Source of the DNA: Myxococcota bacterium
GTDB taxonomy: Bacteria > Myxococcota_A > UBA9042 > DTJE01
NCBI GenBank assembly: GCA_029975745.1
Contig: JARKOL010000155.1
Span: 1-60,142 of the forward strand
DNA: 60,142 nucleotides
Reading direction: 5' to 3'
Translations under genes and position numbers: made by a program
The notes under the pieces: model-generated
What the model saw: only the letters and a program-made list of their open reading frames with translations
What the model was told of the DNA's origin: nothing
Database searches by the model: none
Shown: positions 8,595 through 16,894 of the stretch, piece by piece
Layout: the number at the start of each line of letters is the position of its first letter
How positions within the stretch are numbered: the first letter of the stretch is position 1

Positions 8595-10016
8595 TCAGGG
8601 AGGCAGGTCTTCCCCCTCGGTCCGCGCGATCACCACCGCCCCGCACGAATCCGAGAAGATGTTCACGGCCGTGCGCGCCATGTCCAGGACGCGGTCCACG
8701 ACCAGGATCAGGGCCATGCCCTCCAGGGGCACGCCGACGGCCTCGAGAATCACGACAATCGCGACCAGCGAGGCCTGGGGCACCGCGGCGACTCCCACGG
8801 AGGTCAGCAGGGCGACGGCCACGATCAGGAACTGCTGGCCGAAGGTCAGGTCGATCCCGTACGCCTGGGCGATGAACACCGCCGCGACGCACTCGTACAG
8901 GGCGGTGCCGTCCATGTTGACCGTGGCGCCCAGGGGCAACGTGAACCCCGCCACCCGGTTCGAAACGCCCGCCCGACGTTCGACGCATTCCAGCGTGACC
9001 GGCAGGGTCGCGGCGGAACTGGCCGTCGAGAAGGCCGTCACCAGGGCCGGCGCCATGTCGCGAAAGTGCCTGGCCGGACGTCGCCCCCCGATGAACTTCA
9101 GCAGCAGGGGCAGGAACACCCCGATGTGAACCGCCAGCCCCGCCCCCACCGTCAGCGAGAACAGCACCAGCACCTGGACGAAATCGGCCAGACGCCCGTC
9201 CAGGACCAGCCTCCCGTAGGCGTCCGCCAGGGTCGATGCAATCAGCGCCGCGATCCCCAGGGGGGCGAACCGCAGCACCAGGTCGGTGATCCGCAGTGTG
9301 ATGTCGTAGATCCCCTGCCAGAAGGCCTCGACCACCTCGCGGGGTCGGCCGACCATGCGGGACAGGAAGTAGCCGATCAGCAGCGACACCGTGATCAGCC
9401 CCAGCAGACGCCCGTTGTCCGCCGCCGCCGCGAACAGGTTGCCGGGCACCAGTTCCCGGATCGTGTCCAGGAAGCTGGAGGCCCCCCGGCCCGCCACCCG
9501 CTGGGCGACCAGGGCGCCCTCGTCGGCGAAGCGCTCGGCGAAGTCCCGCGTCGTGGCCAGGTCCAGAACGGGACTCGCCGGATCCGTCACCCCGGGCCGA
9601 ATCACGTTCGCAAGCGACAACCCGATCAGGATGGCAACCAGGCTGGTGGTCAGATAGTAGGCGACGGTCTTGGCCCCCAGCCGGGCGAAGCCGGACCGTC
9701 CCCCCAGCCCCGCCATCGCCGTGATCAGCGACGACATGACGATCGGCACGACAATCAGTCGCAGGCCGTTCATGAACAGGTCGCCGACCAGCCGATAGAC
9801 CGCAAGATCGGCGCGGTCCGCCAGCGCCGCCTGGGCCGCGCGAACGCGGGCATCCGGAGGCACGTCGCCAGGCACCGACAGCACCGAAAGGTGGCCCGTC
9901 AGCAGGCCCAGGCCGACCCCGACCCCCAGACCCAGCAGGATCTGCCAGTGCAGGGCCCAGCGCCACGGAAGCCACTTCCGGGGGGTGGGAGGCGCGATGT
10001 CGTTCGGGGCATCCAT
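8595..10016 (-). CDS. Dicarboxylate/amino acid:cation symporter (DAACS, GltP/DctA family)
   Basis: 473 aa and polytopic. Family blocks are PLGATVNMDGTALYECVAAVFIAQAYG and LTSVGVAAVPQASLVAIVVILEAVGVP. Confidence 0.9.
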   Translation of the reverse strand: MDAPNDIAPPTPRKWLPWRWALHWQILLGLGVGVGLGLLTGHLSVLSVPGDVPPDARVRAAQAALADRADLAVYRLVGDLFMNGLRLIVVPIVMSSLITAMAGLGGRSGFARLGAKTVAYYLTTSLVAILIGLSLANVIRPGVTDPASPVLDLATTRDFAERFADEGALVAQRVAGRGASSFLDTIRELVPGNLFAAAADNGRLLGLITVSLLIGYFLSRMVGRPREVVEAFWQGIYDITLRITDLVLRFAPLGIAALIASTLADAYGRLVLDGRLADFVQVLVLFSLTVGAGLAVHIGVFLPLLLKFIGGRRPARHFRDMAPALVTAFSTASSAATLPVTLECVERRAGVSNRVAGFTLPLGATVNMDGTALYECVAAVFIAQAYGIDLTFGQQFLIVAVALLTSVGVAAVPQASLVAIVVILEAVGVPLEGMALILVVDRVLDMARTAVNIFSDSCGAVVIARTEGEDLPP

Positions 10017-10122
10017 CGCGTCGAGTGTACCAGCATCCGGCGGGATCCGGCCGGTCCGACGCGGGTTGATCCGGCGGACCGGTTCGTGACACCATTCCCC
10101 CGCCCGTCACGAGGGACGCCTC

Positions 10123-12722
10123 ATGAGGATCCGGCCAAGACCCCACGACAACTGGTTGACCACGTCCACACTGGCGATTCTGGCTGTCTCGATTGCGCTG
10201 GCGTCCTGCGAGGGAGGCGACGGCGCCGCGGACGCCGTGACGCCGGATGCGCCCCCCCCCCGCAGGACACGGTCACGGATGTCGCCGACGATCCGGGCGT
10301 CGATGCCGTGCCCGACACCCCGATCCCGACCGACCCGGGGAACTCCACGGACGTGCCGGACTCGGACCCGTCGGATGTCTTCGCGACCGATGAAGGTCCG
10401 GCCGACGTCTGGTCGTTCGACGTCACGATTCCGGAGTCGCTGGGCGGCGACCGGCCGGCCACGCTCCACGTGCCCGCCGGCTACCGGCCCGATCGGTCGT
10501 GGCCGCTGATCGTCCTGCTGCTCGGCTACGGGGTCTCGGGCTACATCCAGGATCTGCTGATGCAACTGGCCCCCCGGGTGGACACGCACGGATTCGTGCT
10601 GCTGCTCCCGGACGGCACGGTGGACGGCGACGGCTTCGGGTTCTGGAACGCCTGGCCGCCCTGCTGCAACTTCTTCGAATCGGATGTGGACGACGTTGGC
10701 TACCTGCGCGGGCTGATCGAGGAGGCCCAGGCCACCCTGAACATCGACGCGGATCGCGTGGTGCTGATCGGGCACTCCAACGGCGGCTTCATGTCCACGC
10801 GCATGGCCTGCGAGACATCGGATCTGGTCACGCACATCGCCCCGATCGCGGGCTCGATGTCGCTGGAGCCCGCGGACTGCACCCCGGCACGCCCGGTTTC
10901 GATGCTGGCGATTCACGGCACCAAGGACAACGACATCCGCTACGAAGGCGGTTCGATTCGGGGGTTCCCCTACGTGGGCGCCGAGGACCTGGTGGCCTTC
11001 TGGCGGGGCCTGAACGGCTGCACCCCCACGACCGTCGCCGGCGACGCGATCGACTACGACACGGGCGTACAAGGCGACGAGACCTCGACCGTGACCTGGC
11101 CCGAGTGCGCCGACGACACGCGGGTGGCGTTGTGGACGATGACGGGCAGCGGTCACGCCCCGGGATTCACCGATGCCTTCCGGGACGACCTGGTCTCGTG
11201 GCTGCTGGCCCGGAAGCGGGCCGCCTCCAGACCCTCGACCCTGCCGGACCGCCTGGAGATCACGTTCGCGCGCCCCGAGTCCGGCGAGCCGGTGGCCGAC
11301 GTCGAGATCCAGGCGTTCACCCGCAAGGTGCTGCGTTTCCTGCGGGACGTCCGCTACTTCGACTACGTGCTGTACACGACGCACGGCGTGGACAAGTCCA
11401 CCGGGCTGCCGGACTGGCAGTTCTGGTACAACGAGCGCTTCCGCAAGGACGGCGATACCGTCACCTTCTACCACCCGGTGAACCTGAACGACGGCGGCCA
11501 CAACCTGCACATTCCGTTCGGCCACGTCCTCAGCCAGGTGCTTTCGGCCTACCTGCTGGTGGGCGACCCGTCGGCGGCGCTGGCGGCCGAGCAGTTGTGC
11601 AAGGGTCTTTCCGCCTCGATGCTGGGCATGGTCCACGACGCCGACGACCCGCTGCCCCACCTGATGGCCCGGAACGTCGTGGCGTTCAACCACGAGTTCC
11701 TGACGCACGACGGCAAGAAGAAGGCCATCGACGTGACCGGCTGGTACTCGGACTACACCCGCTGGAACTGTGACCGCTTCCAGTACGTGGACAATCCGTT
11801 CTGGGGCCCGATGTGGGTCACGAACATGCGCTCCAAGGACGACGTGCCGCACCTGTTCCGGATGATGCCGTCGCTGCGATACGCGGCCGTCCAGGCCACC
11901 GACGCGCCGGTCAAGGAGGCCTGCGGTCAGGCGCTGACCCTGATGGAGGCATTCGCCAAGGACATCGTCGATTCCGACTATCGCATCCGGACGAAGGACG
12001 CCGACGGCACCCCCTACATGCCGGGATTCACGGGGGACCCGGAAACCGACCAGAAGCAGGGCGACCTGGCGTCCTTCATCCACTGGCGGGACATCGTCCC
12101 CGAAGGCGAATGCAACGCGCGGCGCGGGGCCGAACTGATCGGCTACCACCGGCCGGTGCGCGAGGACTGCGGCCGCGGCGAGCCCAATGCGTACGACGAC
12201 ATCGCCTTCCTGGGCAACGCGTACAACAAGCGGATCTGTCGGTACTTCCACCTGGCGCACGTCGGGAACGCCCTGGTCAACCGGGACGAAGGCGCCCTGC
12301 TGCTGCTGGACGGGCTGGACGAACGTCTGGCCCAGGAGCGGGCCGTGCCGGAGAAGGACATGCAGGCGACGCCCGACAAGTGGTCGCGCGACCTGGCGGT
12401 GTACCTGGCCGACAGCGCGACCTTCGGATACCCGCTGGACTGGGACGACGTGCGACGCATCCAGCGCCACTACGGCCGGGCCATCGACGAGATGGCGGCG
12501 TGGCCGTACTGGGACCCGTGGGCGGAATCGGTCCCGGATGGCGACCTGGGCGGGTATCGGCCGGGATCGTGCTCGGCCGGCCAGGCCGAATGCTGGTTCT
12601 CGGTCGAGGATCTGGCGCTGATCTTCGAGACCTGCTGGTCGCCGCTGCGCAACCCCACCGGCAAGCCCTACGTCGATTGCGACATCGTTCGCGACCCGTC
12701 CCGGTGGGACGATCCGGCCTGA
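10123..12722 (+). CDS. Lipoprotein with a PHB-depolymerase/LpqC-family esterase domain fused to an uncharacterised C-terminal module of about 500 aa; the frame is broken at a C10 tract
   Basis: ATG at 10123 (GAGGGA SD) encodes MRIRPRPHDNWLTTSTLAILAVSIALASC (lipobox LASC). After the C10 run at 10252-10261 the coding signal continues in another frame as QDTVTDVADDPGVDAVPD... to the stop at 12722. Esterase blocks are WPLIVLLLGYG, FWNAWPPCCNFFESDVDDVGYLRGL and VVLIGHSNGGFMS (GxSxG). The span is 2600 nt, which is 3n+2, so one extra C would restore an 866-aa protein. Confidence 0.7.
10252..10261 (+). repeat. C10 homopolymer at the frameshift point of the esterase lipoprotein gene
   Basis: The sequence gatgc-g-cccccccccc-gcagg was read directly. 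The signal-peptide frame and the enzyme frame meet exactly here. Confidence 0.9.
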
Positions 12723-12761
12723 CCGTTCGATCGACGCCGCCCCCGAGACCCCGAAGGCCCC

Positions 12762-13679
12762 CTATCGCGACCGCCGGAACGCCCGAAGCCCGATCACCCC
12801 GAATCGCCGGACATAGCCGGGATAGACGCCGGGACAGGACGCGCGCATGGCGCAGTCGTCGCAGGCCGCGGGGTACTCGCGATCCCCGTGATCGGTAGGG
12901 AACAGGCCGTCCTCGAACCCCTCGGACATGTACAGGATGTTGTGGGTTCGCAGGTTCGCCACCGCGTCCAGGGCCGACGGGATCTGGCACAACGGAAAGC
13001 CCTCGACCACGGCCTCCAGGCCGTCCGAACCGTGCCGCGACCGCGCCGCCGACACCGCGTCGCACGCCGCCCGGCCGGCCTGCTCCGGAGGCACCAGCAA
13101 CTGCGCCGCGTACGCATCGAACAGCCCCCGGGGCTCGGCCAGACACAGTTTGTGGGTCAGCGGTGCGAACGGCGCCAGCAGGTCCCCGATGGCGACCAGC
13201 TCGTCCACGTTCGGCCGGGTAATGACCGTGTTGACGTGCAGTTCGACCCCCTTCCCGGACAGCCCGACGAGGGCCGCCAGCACCTCGTCGAACGATGCGC
13301 ACTGGACCAGGTGGTCATGCGTCGCGGCCGACGCGCCGTGCAGGGAGGTGTGTACGTAGGCCAGTCCCAGGTCCAGCAGCGCCTGGCGATACGCGGGGTG
13401 GGCCAGGCGACGCCCGTTCGTGATCAATCCCCAGCGCATGCCCAGGGCCGTCGCGGCCCGCGCCAGCACCGGCAGATCGGCCCGCAGCGTCGGCTCGCCG
13501 CCCGAAAACAGGATCATCCCGACGCCCCGCGCCCGCGCCGCCGCCATCTTCCGGGCGATGTCCGCACGGGGAGCGTCCGGCACCTGGTCCCGCCAGGCCT
13601 CGACACGGCAGAATCGACAACGGGAATTGCACTGGTAGGTCAACTTCAGGACGGCGCGCAGCGGCGGTTCGCCAGGCAT
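12762..13679 (-). CDS. Radical SAM protein (HxsC-like partner enzyme, tentative)
   Basis: Start MPGEPPLRAVLKLTYQCNSRCRFC at 13679, 34 nt downstream of the preceding gene. It has CX3CX2C (CNSRCRFC), SGGEPTL and a C-terminal Cys cluster CDDCAMRASCPG. The longer 348-aa version in the ORF track overlaps the upstream gene and was not used. Confidence 0.75.
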   Translation of the reverse strand: MPGEPPLRAVLKLTYQCNSRCRFCRVEAWRDQVPDAPRADIARKMAAARARGVGMILFSGGEPTLRADLPVLARAATALGMRWGLITNGRRLAHPAYRQALLDLGLAYVHTSLHGASAATHDHLVQCASFDEVLAALVGLSGKGVELHVNTVITRPNVDELVAIGDLLAPFAPLTHKLCLAEPRGLFDAYAAQLLVPPEQAGRAACDAVSAARSRHGSDGLEAVVEGFPLCQIPSALDAVANLRTHNILYMSEGFEDGLFPTDHGDREYPAACDDCAMRASCPGVYPGYVRRFGVIGLRAFRRSR

Positions 13680-13713
13680 GCGTCCCCCCACGGGTGGGCC
13701 GGGCGGCACCCGG

Positions 13714-15222
13714 TCAGAACCCCTGCTGCATGCGGCGGCCGTCGTGCATGTACTCGGGACGGTCCTTGACCTCGACCCAGCGGCGGAAGATGTCCTTGAC
13801 CTGCTCATCCTCCCCCATCAGCCGCGCGAACAGTCGATCCTGGACGCCCATGTAGATCACGCAGCGCTGGTTCGTCGCGTTCTGGGGGAAGATGTTGCCT
13901 TGCTCGGTGTAGTTGTACACCGGACAGGTCCCGCAGTAGGGCTTGTAGGCGCACGTCGCGCACCCGGGAATCGAGTCCAGCGTCGAGGCCATCGCGATCG
14001 ACTTGACGGTGTCGTGGGTCACGACGTCCCGCAGGGTCATCGTGTTGACCGTCCCGATCTTGAACACCTCGTCGCCCATCTGGTACACCATGCGGCCCTC
14101 GTCGCAGGTGAAGATGGACCCGTCGTAGTTGTACGCGATCTGGCCGATCCCGGCGCCGCACGGCGAGCGGATGTCCAGGTAGTTCGGATCGTCCGGGGTC
14201 AGGATCTTGGTCAGGAAGATCGCCGCCAGGCGCTCGAGGATCTCGACGCCCTGACGATTGAGTTCCAGGATGTAGTTCAGGGCCTCGTCGTAGAACTTCA
14301 GGAAGTCGTCGCCCATGTAGCCGACCATGCCTTCCGTGTTCTTGGCGAACCCGAACGGGTTCAGCGGACGCAGGAAGACGGCGCGGCACCCCTGCTTCAC
14401 GTACTCGTCCACCAGGTCCTTCGCCCGCCCCAGGTGCTCGCGGGTGATCGTCGCCAGCGCCTCGACGTGGTACAGCCTGGGGTCCAGCCCGGCATCGACG
14501 TAGGCCTGGTTGATCCGGGCCATCCACTCGACCGTCTTGTCGTACGCGGACGACTTCGCCAGGTAGCGATTCTTGTCGTGCAGGTCCTTCGGGCCGTCCA
14601 GGGATGTCGAGATCTGGACCCGGTGTTCGATCAGGTACGCCAGCTTCTCGTCATCCATCAGCGAAAGGTTCGACACCAGGCTGAACATCACGCGCTTGCC
14701 GCGCTGCTTCGCCAGGGTCGAGCCGTACTCGACCACGTGCTTGACGGTGTCCCAGTTCGCCAGAGGCTCGCCGCCCTGGAACTCGATCGTGAGGGTGTCC
14801 GACGGGGACCGCATCGCCATCTCGACGACCTTCTCGGCCGTCGGGATCGACATGTCGGTCTCGGTCTCCTTCATGTTGGCCCGGCTGGCGTGGCAGTACT
14901 TGCAGACCTCGTTGCACCGCAGCGTCACGACCATGATGTGCAGGACCGGCCCACGGTGCAGGAACGCCACCTTCCGATCGTAGTCCGCCGCCACGTCGTC
15001 CAGATTCGTGTCGGAAACCAGGAACCCCTTGGCCGCCAGTTCGTCGAACATCGCCGTCCCGGGCTTGACGCGCCCGGTCACCAGCGTCTGCAACTGGTCC
15101 TCGTCCAGGAATGCGTAGGCGCCATGGTCGTTGGTGACGACGTAGCGCGGTCCCACCTTGCGAAAGCGCGGCAGGTTCAGCATCGGCTTGGCGGCCTTGA
15201 CGGCCGGCTTCTTCGCAGTCAT
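13714..15222 (-). CDS. Radical SAM/SPASM-domain maturase (HxsB-like, tentative)
   Basis: 502 aa with CNEVCKYC (CX3CX2C) and FQGGEPL. SPASM-type Cys clusters are SPCGAGIGQIAYNYDGSIFTCDEG and GCATCAYKPYCGTCPVYNY. An N-terminal extension of about 95 aa (YVVTNDHGAYAFLDEDQLQTLV...ELAAKGFL) resembles the paired Hxs radical SAM proteins as I remember them. The ATG overlaps the upstream stop (ATGA). Confidence 0.8.
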   Translation of the reverse strand: MTAKKPAVKAAKPMLNLPRFRKVGPRYVVTNDHGAYAFLDEDQLQTLVTGRVKPGTAMFDELAAKGFLVSDTNLDDVAADYDRKVAFLHRGPVLHIMVVTLRCNEVCKYCHASRANMKETETDMSIPTAEKVVEMAMRSPSDTLTIEFQGGEPLANWDTVKHVVEYGSTLAKQRGKRVMFSLVSNLSLMDDEKLAYLIEHRVQISTSLDGPKDLHDKNRYLAKSSAYDKTVEWMARINQAYVDAGLDPRLYHVEALATITREHLGRAKDLVDEYVKQGCRAVFLRPLNPFGFAKNTEGMVGYMGDDFLKFYDEALNYILELNRQGVEILERLAAIFLTKILTPDDPNYLDIRSPCGAGIGQIAYNYDGSIFTCDEGRMVYQMGDEVFKIGTVNTMTLRDVVTHDTVKSIAMASTLDSIPGCATCAYKPYCGTCPVYNYTEQGNIFPQNATNQRCVIYMGVQDRLFARLMGEDEQVKDIFRRWVEVKDRPEYMHDGRRMQQGF

Positions 15223-15434
15223 TGCTCGCCTCGCAGCGCGATGGCCGTACCCAGCACGAAGTTGCGGAACTCGCCGGCCAGTTCGGCGGCGTCCTCGGCA
15301 ACCTGCGGCCGGAGCTCGACCACGGCATAGTCCCCCTGAACGGACACCCGGATCTCGGCAACGTCCGCGAACGCCTCGGCCGCCGCCTGGACCGCCATCT
15401 TCGGATAGATCTTCTTGTGGAACCTAAGGGTCAT
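15219..15434 (-). CDS. Small HxsD-like protein (71 aa), short paralog
   Basis: ATG at 15434 with a GAGGTG SD 5 nt upstream; the stop overlaps the radical SAM start. MTLRFHKKIYPKMAVQAAAEAFADV...ELAGEFRNFVLGTAIALR aligns with the upstream 174-aa protein. The 147-aa version in the ORF track overlaps the upstream gene. Confidence 0.65.
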   Translation of the reverse strand: MTLRFHKKIYPKMAVQAAAEAFADVAEIRVSVQGDYAVVELRPQVAEDAAELAGEFRNFVLGTAIALRGEQ

Positions 15435-15459
15435 CGCTGCACCTCGTCGGGCCGCGGCC

Positions 15460-15984
15460 TCACTGGGCCTTGCCGCCCTTGGTGGGCTCGCCGTCCTTCT
15501 TCCCGTACTTGTCCTCCCAGGGCACCGCGATGCCCAGCGGGTCGTCCAGGAAGTCCAGACTGTCCTCCTCTTCGGCCAGCAGCTTCGCGACCTCGGGCGG
15601 CAGGTCCGGCAATGCCGGAACCGCGGGGGCCGGCGCGCCTTCGACGGGGATCGCATCGGCAATCGCGCGTCCGACGATCATGGTGCGGACCTTTTCGGTC
15701 TGCTTCGCCAGCTTGACGCGCAGCGCCTGATTGACCAGTTCGTTCTTGAACTCGCCCACCAGTTCGTCCAGCGAGAACCGCGTCCCGGGACGGGCCTCGA
15801 TCTCGACCTTGATGCGATCGGCGTCCTGGACGTCCAGGTGCAGGTACGCGCGATCCAGGAAACCGAACGCCGTGCCGAACAGCACGTCCGCCGGGTAGAG
15901 CGTCTTGTGAACGATCACCGTGCCGACGGACCCCCGGGTCTGCGTCGCGACGGGCGACGCACCTTGCGCCTTTTTGGCGGGCAT
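15460..15984 (-). CDS. HxsD-like protein with a Pro/acidic/Lys-rich C-terminal tail of about 70 aa (174 aa)
   Basis: ATG at 15984 with a GGAGG SD 9 nt upstream. The core IVHKTLYPADVLFGTAFGFLD...LVGEFKNELVNQALRVKLAKQTEKVRTMIVGRAIA recalls the HxsD (LLNDYxLRE-type) family. The tail is PVEGAPAPAVPALPDLPPEVAKLLAEEEDSLDFLDDPLGIAVPWEDKYGKKDGEPTKGGKAQ. Confidence 0.65.
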   Translation of the reverse strand: MPAKKAQGASPVATQTRGSVGTVIVHKTLYPADVLFGTAFGFLDRAYLHLDVQDADRIKVEIEARPGTRFSLDELVGEFKNELVNQALRVKLAKQTEKVRTMIVGRAIADAIPVEGAPAPAVPALPDLPPEVAKLLAEEEDSLDFLDDPLGIAVPWEDKYGKKDGEPTKGGKAQ

Positions 15985-16051
15985 GGGACTAGCCTCCAAG
16001 TGCATGAAGATCGCCAGACTGCGGCGGACGCCGCCAATTCCGCGACGTCGC

Positions 16052-16081
16052 ATCCTAGCAACCGCGTTCCAGCCGTGTCAA
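16052..16081 (-). promoter_or_regulatory. Sigma70-type promoter of the radical-SAM cassette
   Basis: On the minus strand, TTGACA (16076-16081) is followed by an 18-nt spacer and TAGGAT (16052-16057), about 65 nt upstream of the 174-aa gene. Confidence 0.5.
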
Positions 16082-16094
16082 GCAACGCCAAAGG

Positions 16095-16113
16095 CGCGCG
16101 GCCTTGCGGCGCG
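16095..16113 (-). terminator. Possible weak intrinsic terminator after the hemolysin-III gene
   Basis: The minus-strand hairpin CGCGCCGCAAGGCCGCGCG (7 bp with one mismatch) is followed by CCUUUGG. The U-tract is only 3 nt. Confidence 0.3.
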
Positions 16114-16139
16114 GCATGCGACGACAGCAGGTCGAGGAA

Positions 16140-16811
16140 TCAGGGGACGGACGGCACCACGTGGAACAACACCGCGAAGAAATGACAGATGCTGCCGCCC
16201 AGCACGAACAGGTGCCAGATGGAGTGGGCGAACGGAAGTCGATGCCATGCGTAGAACAGGACGCCCGCCGAGTAGGACAGGCCGCCCATGCCCAGCCAGG
16301 CGAGGCCCCAGATGTCCAGCGAAGCCCACAGGGGCTTGATGGCGATGACGATCAGCCACCCCATCACCAGGTACATCGCGACCGCCACGAACTCGTACCG
16401 CCCCGTGAAGAACGCCTTGAAGACGATCCCCGCGGCGGCCAGTCCCCACACGATGCCGAAGATCGTCCACCCCCAGGCCCCTCCCACCGACACCAGCGTG
16501 AACGGCGTGTAGGTGCCCGCGATCAACAGATAGATGGCGGAGTGATCCAGGATCTGCAGCACGCGCTTGGCCCGGACGTTCGTGATCGCGTGGTAGATCG
16601 TCGAGGCCACGTACAGCAGCACGAGCGTCGCGCCGAAGATGCTGACGGCAACGACATGCATGGCCGTTCCGCGCAGCGCGGCGAACACGACCATCAGCAC
16701 CAGCCCCGCGATGGACAGCAGGGCGCCGATGCCGTGGGTGATGGCGTTGGCGATTTCCTCTCCGAGGGTCTGGCGATCGAATGCCTTGGCACGGGTGGGG
16801 TTCGTTTTCAT
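16140..16811 (-). CDS. Hemolysin III / PAQR-family membrane protein
   Basis: 223 aa with 7 predicted TM segments. Family motifs are EEIANAITHGIGALLS near the N-terminus and HSIWHLFVLGGSICHFFAV near the C-terminus. Confidence 0.9.
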   Translation of the reverse strand: MKTNPTRAKAFDRQTLGEEIANAITHGIGALLSIAGLVLMVVFAALRGTAMHVVAVSIFGATLVLLYVASTIYHAITNVRAKRVLQILDHSAIYLLIAGTYTPFTLVSVGGAWGWTIFGIVWGLAAAGIVFKAFFTGRYEFVAVAMYLVMGWLIVIAIKPLWASLDIWGLAWLGMGGLSYSAGVLFYAWHRLPFAHSIWHLFVLGGSICHFFAVLFHVVPSVP

Positions 16812-16894
16812 GGGGGCAGCATACGACCTGATGACGCAATGCGCCAGAGCAGAACCTGCCAGGATCCGGTCAGAGGATGAGTTTCAGCGGCTTT

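Noticed and set aside
8265-12722. 1485-aa ORF, the longest in the track
   Set aside because: Its first ~650 codons run antisense to the DAACS transporter gene and through the riboswitch region with Arg/Gly/Pro/His-rich nonsense. Only the part after the C10 tract (about 10262 onward) is real coding sequence, the esterase lipoprotein.
15219-15662. 147-aa version of the small ORF upstream of the radical SAM gene
   Set aside because: The N-terminal 76 codons overlap the 3' end of the 174-aa gene and are Arg/Pro-rich. The internal ATG at 15434 has a GAGGTG SD, and from there the product aligns with its paralog.
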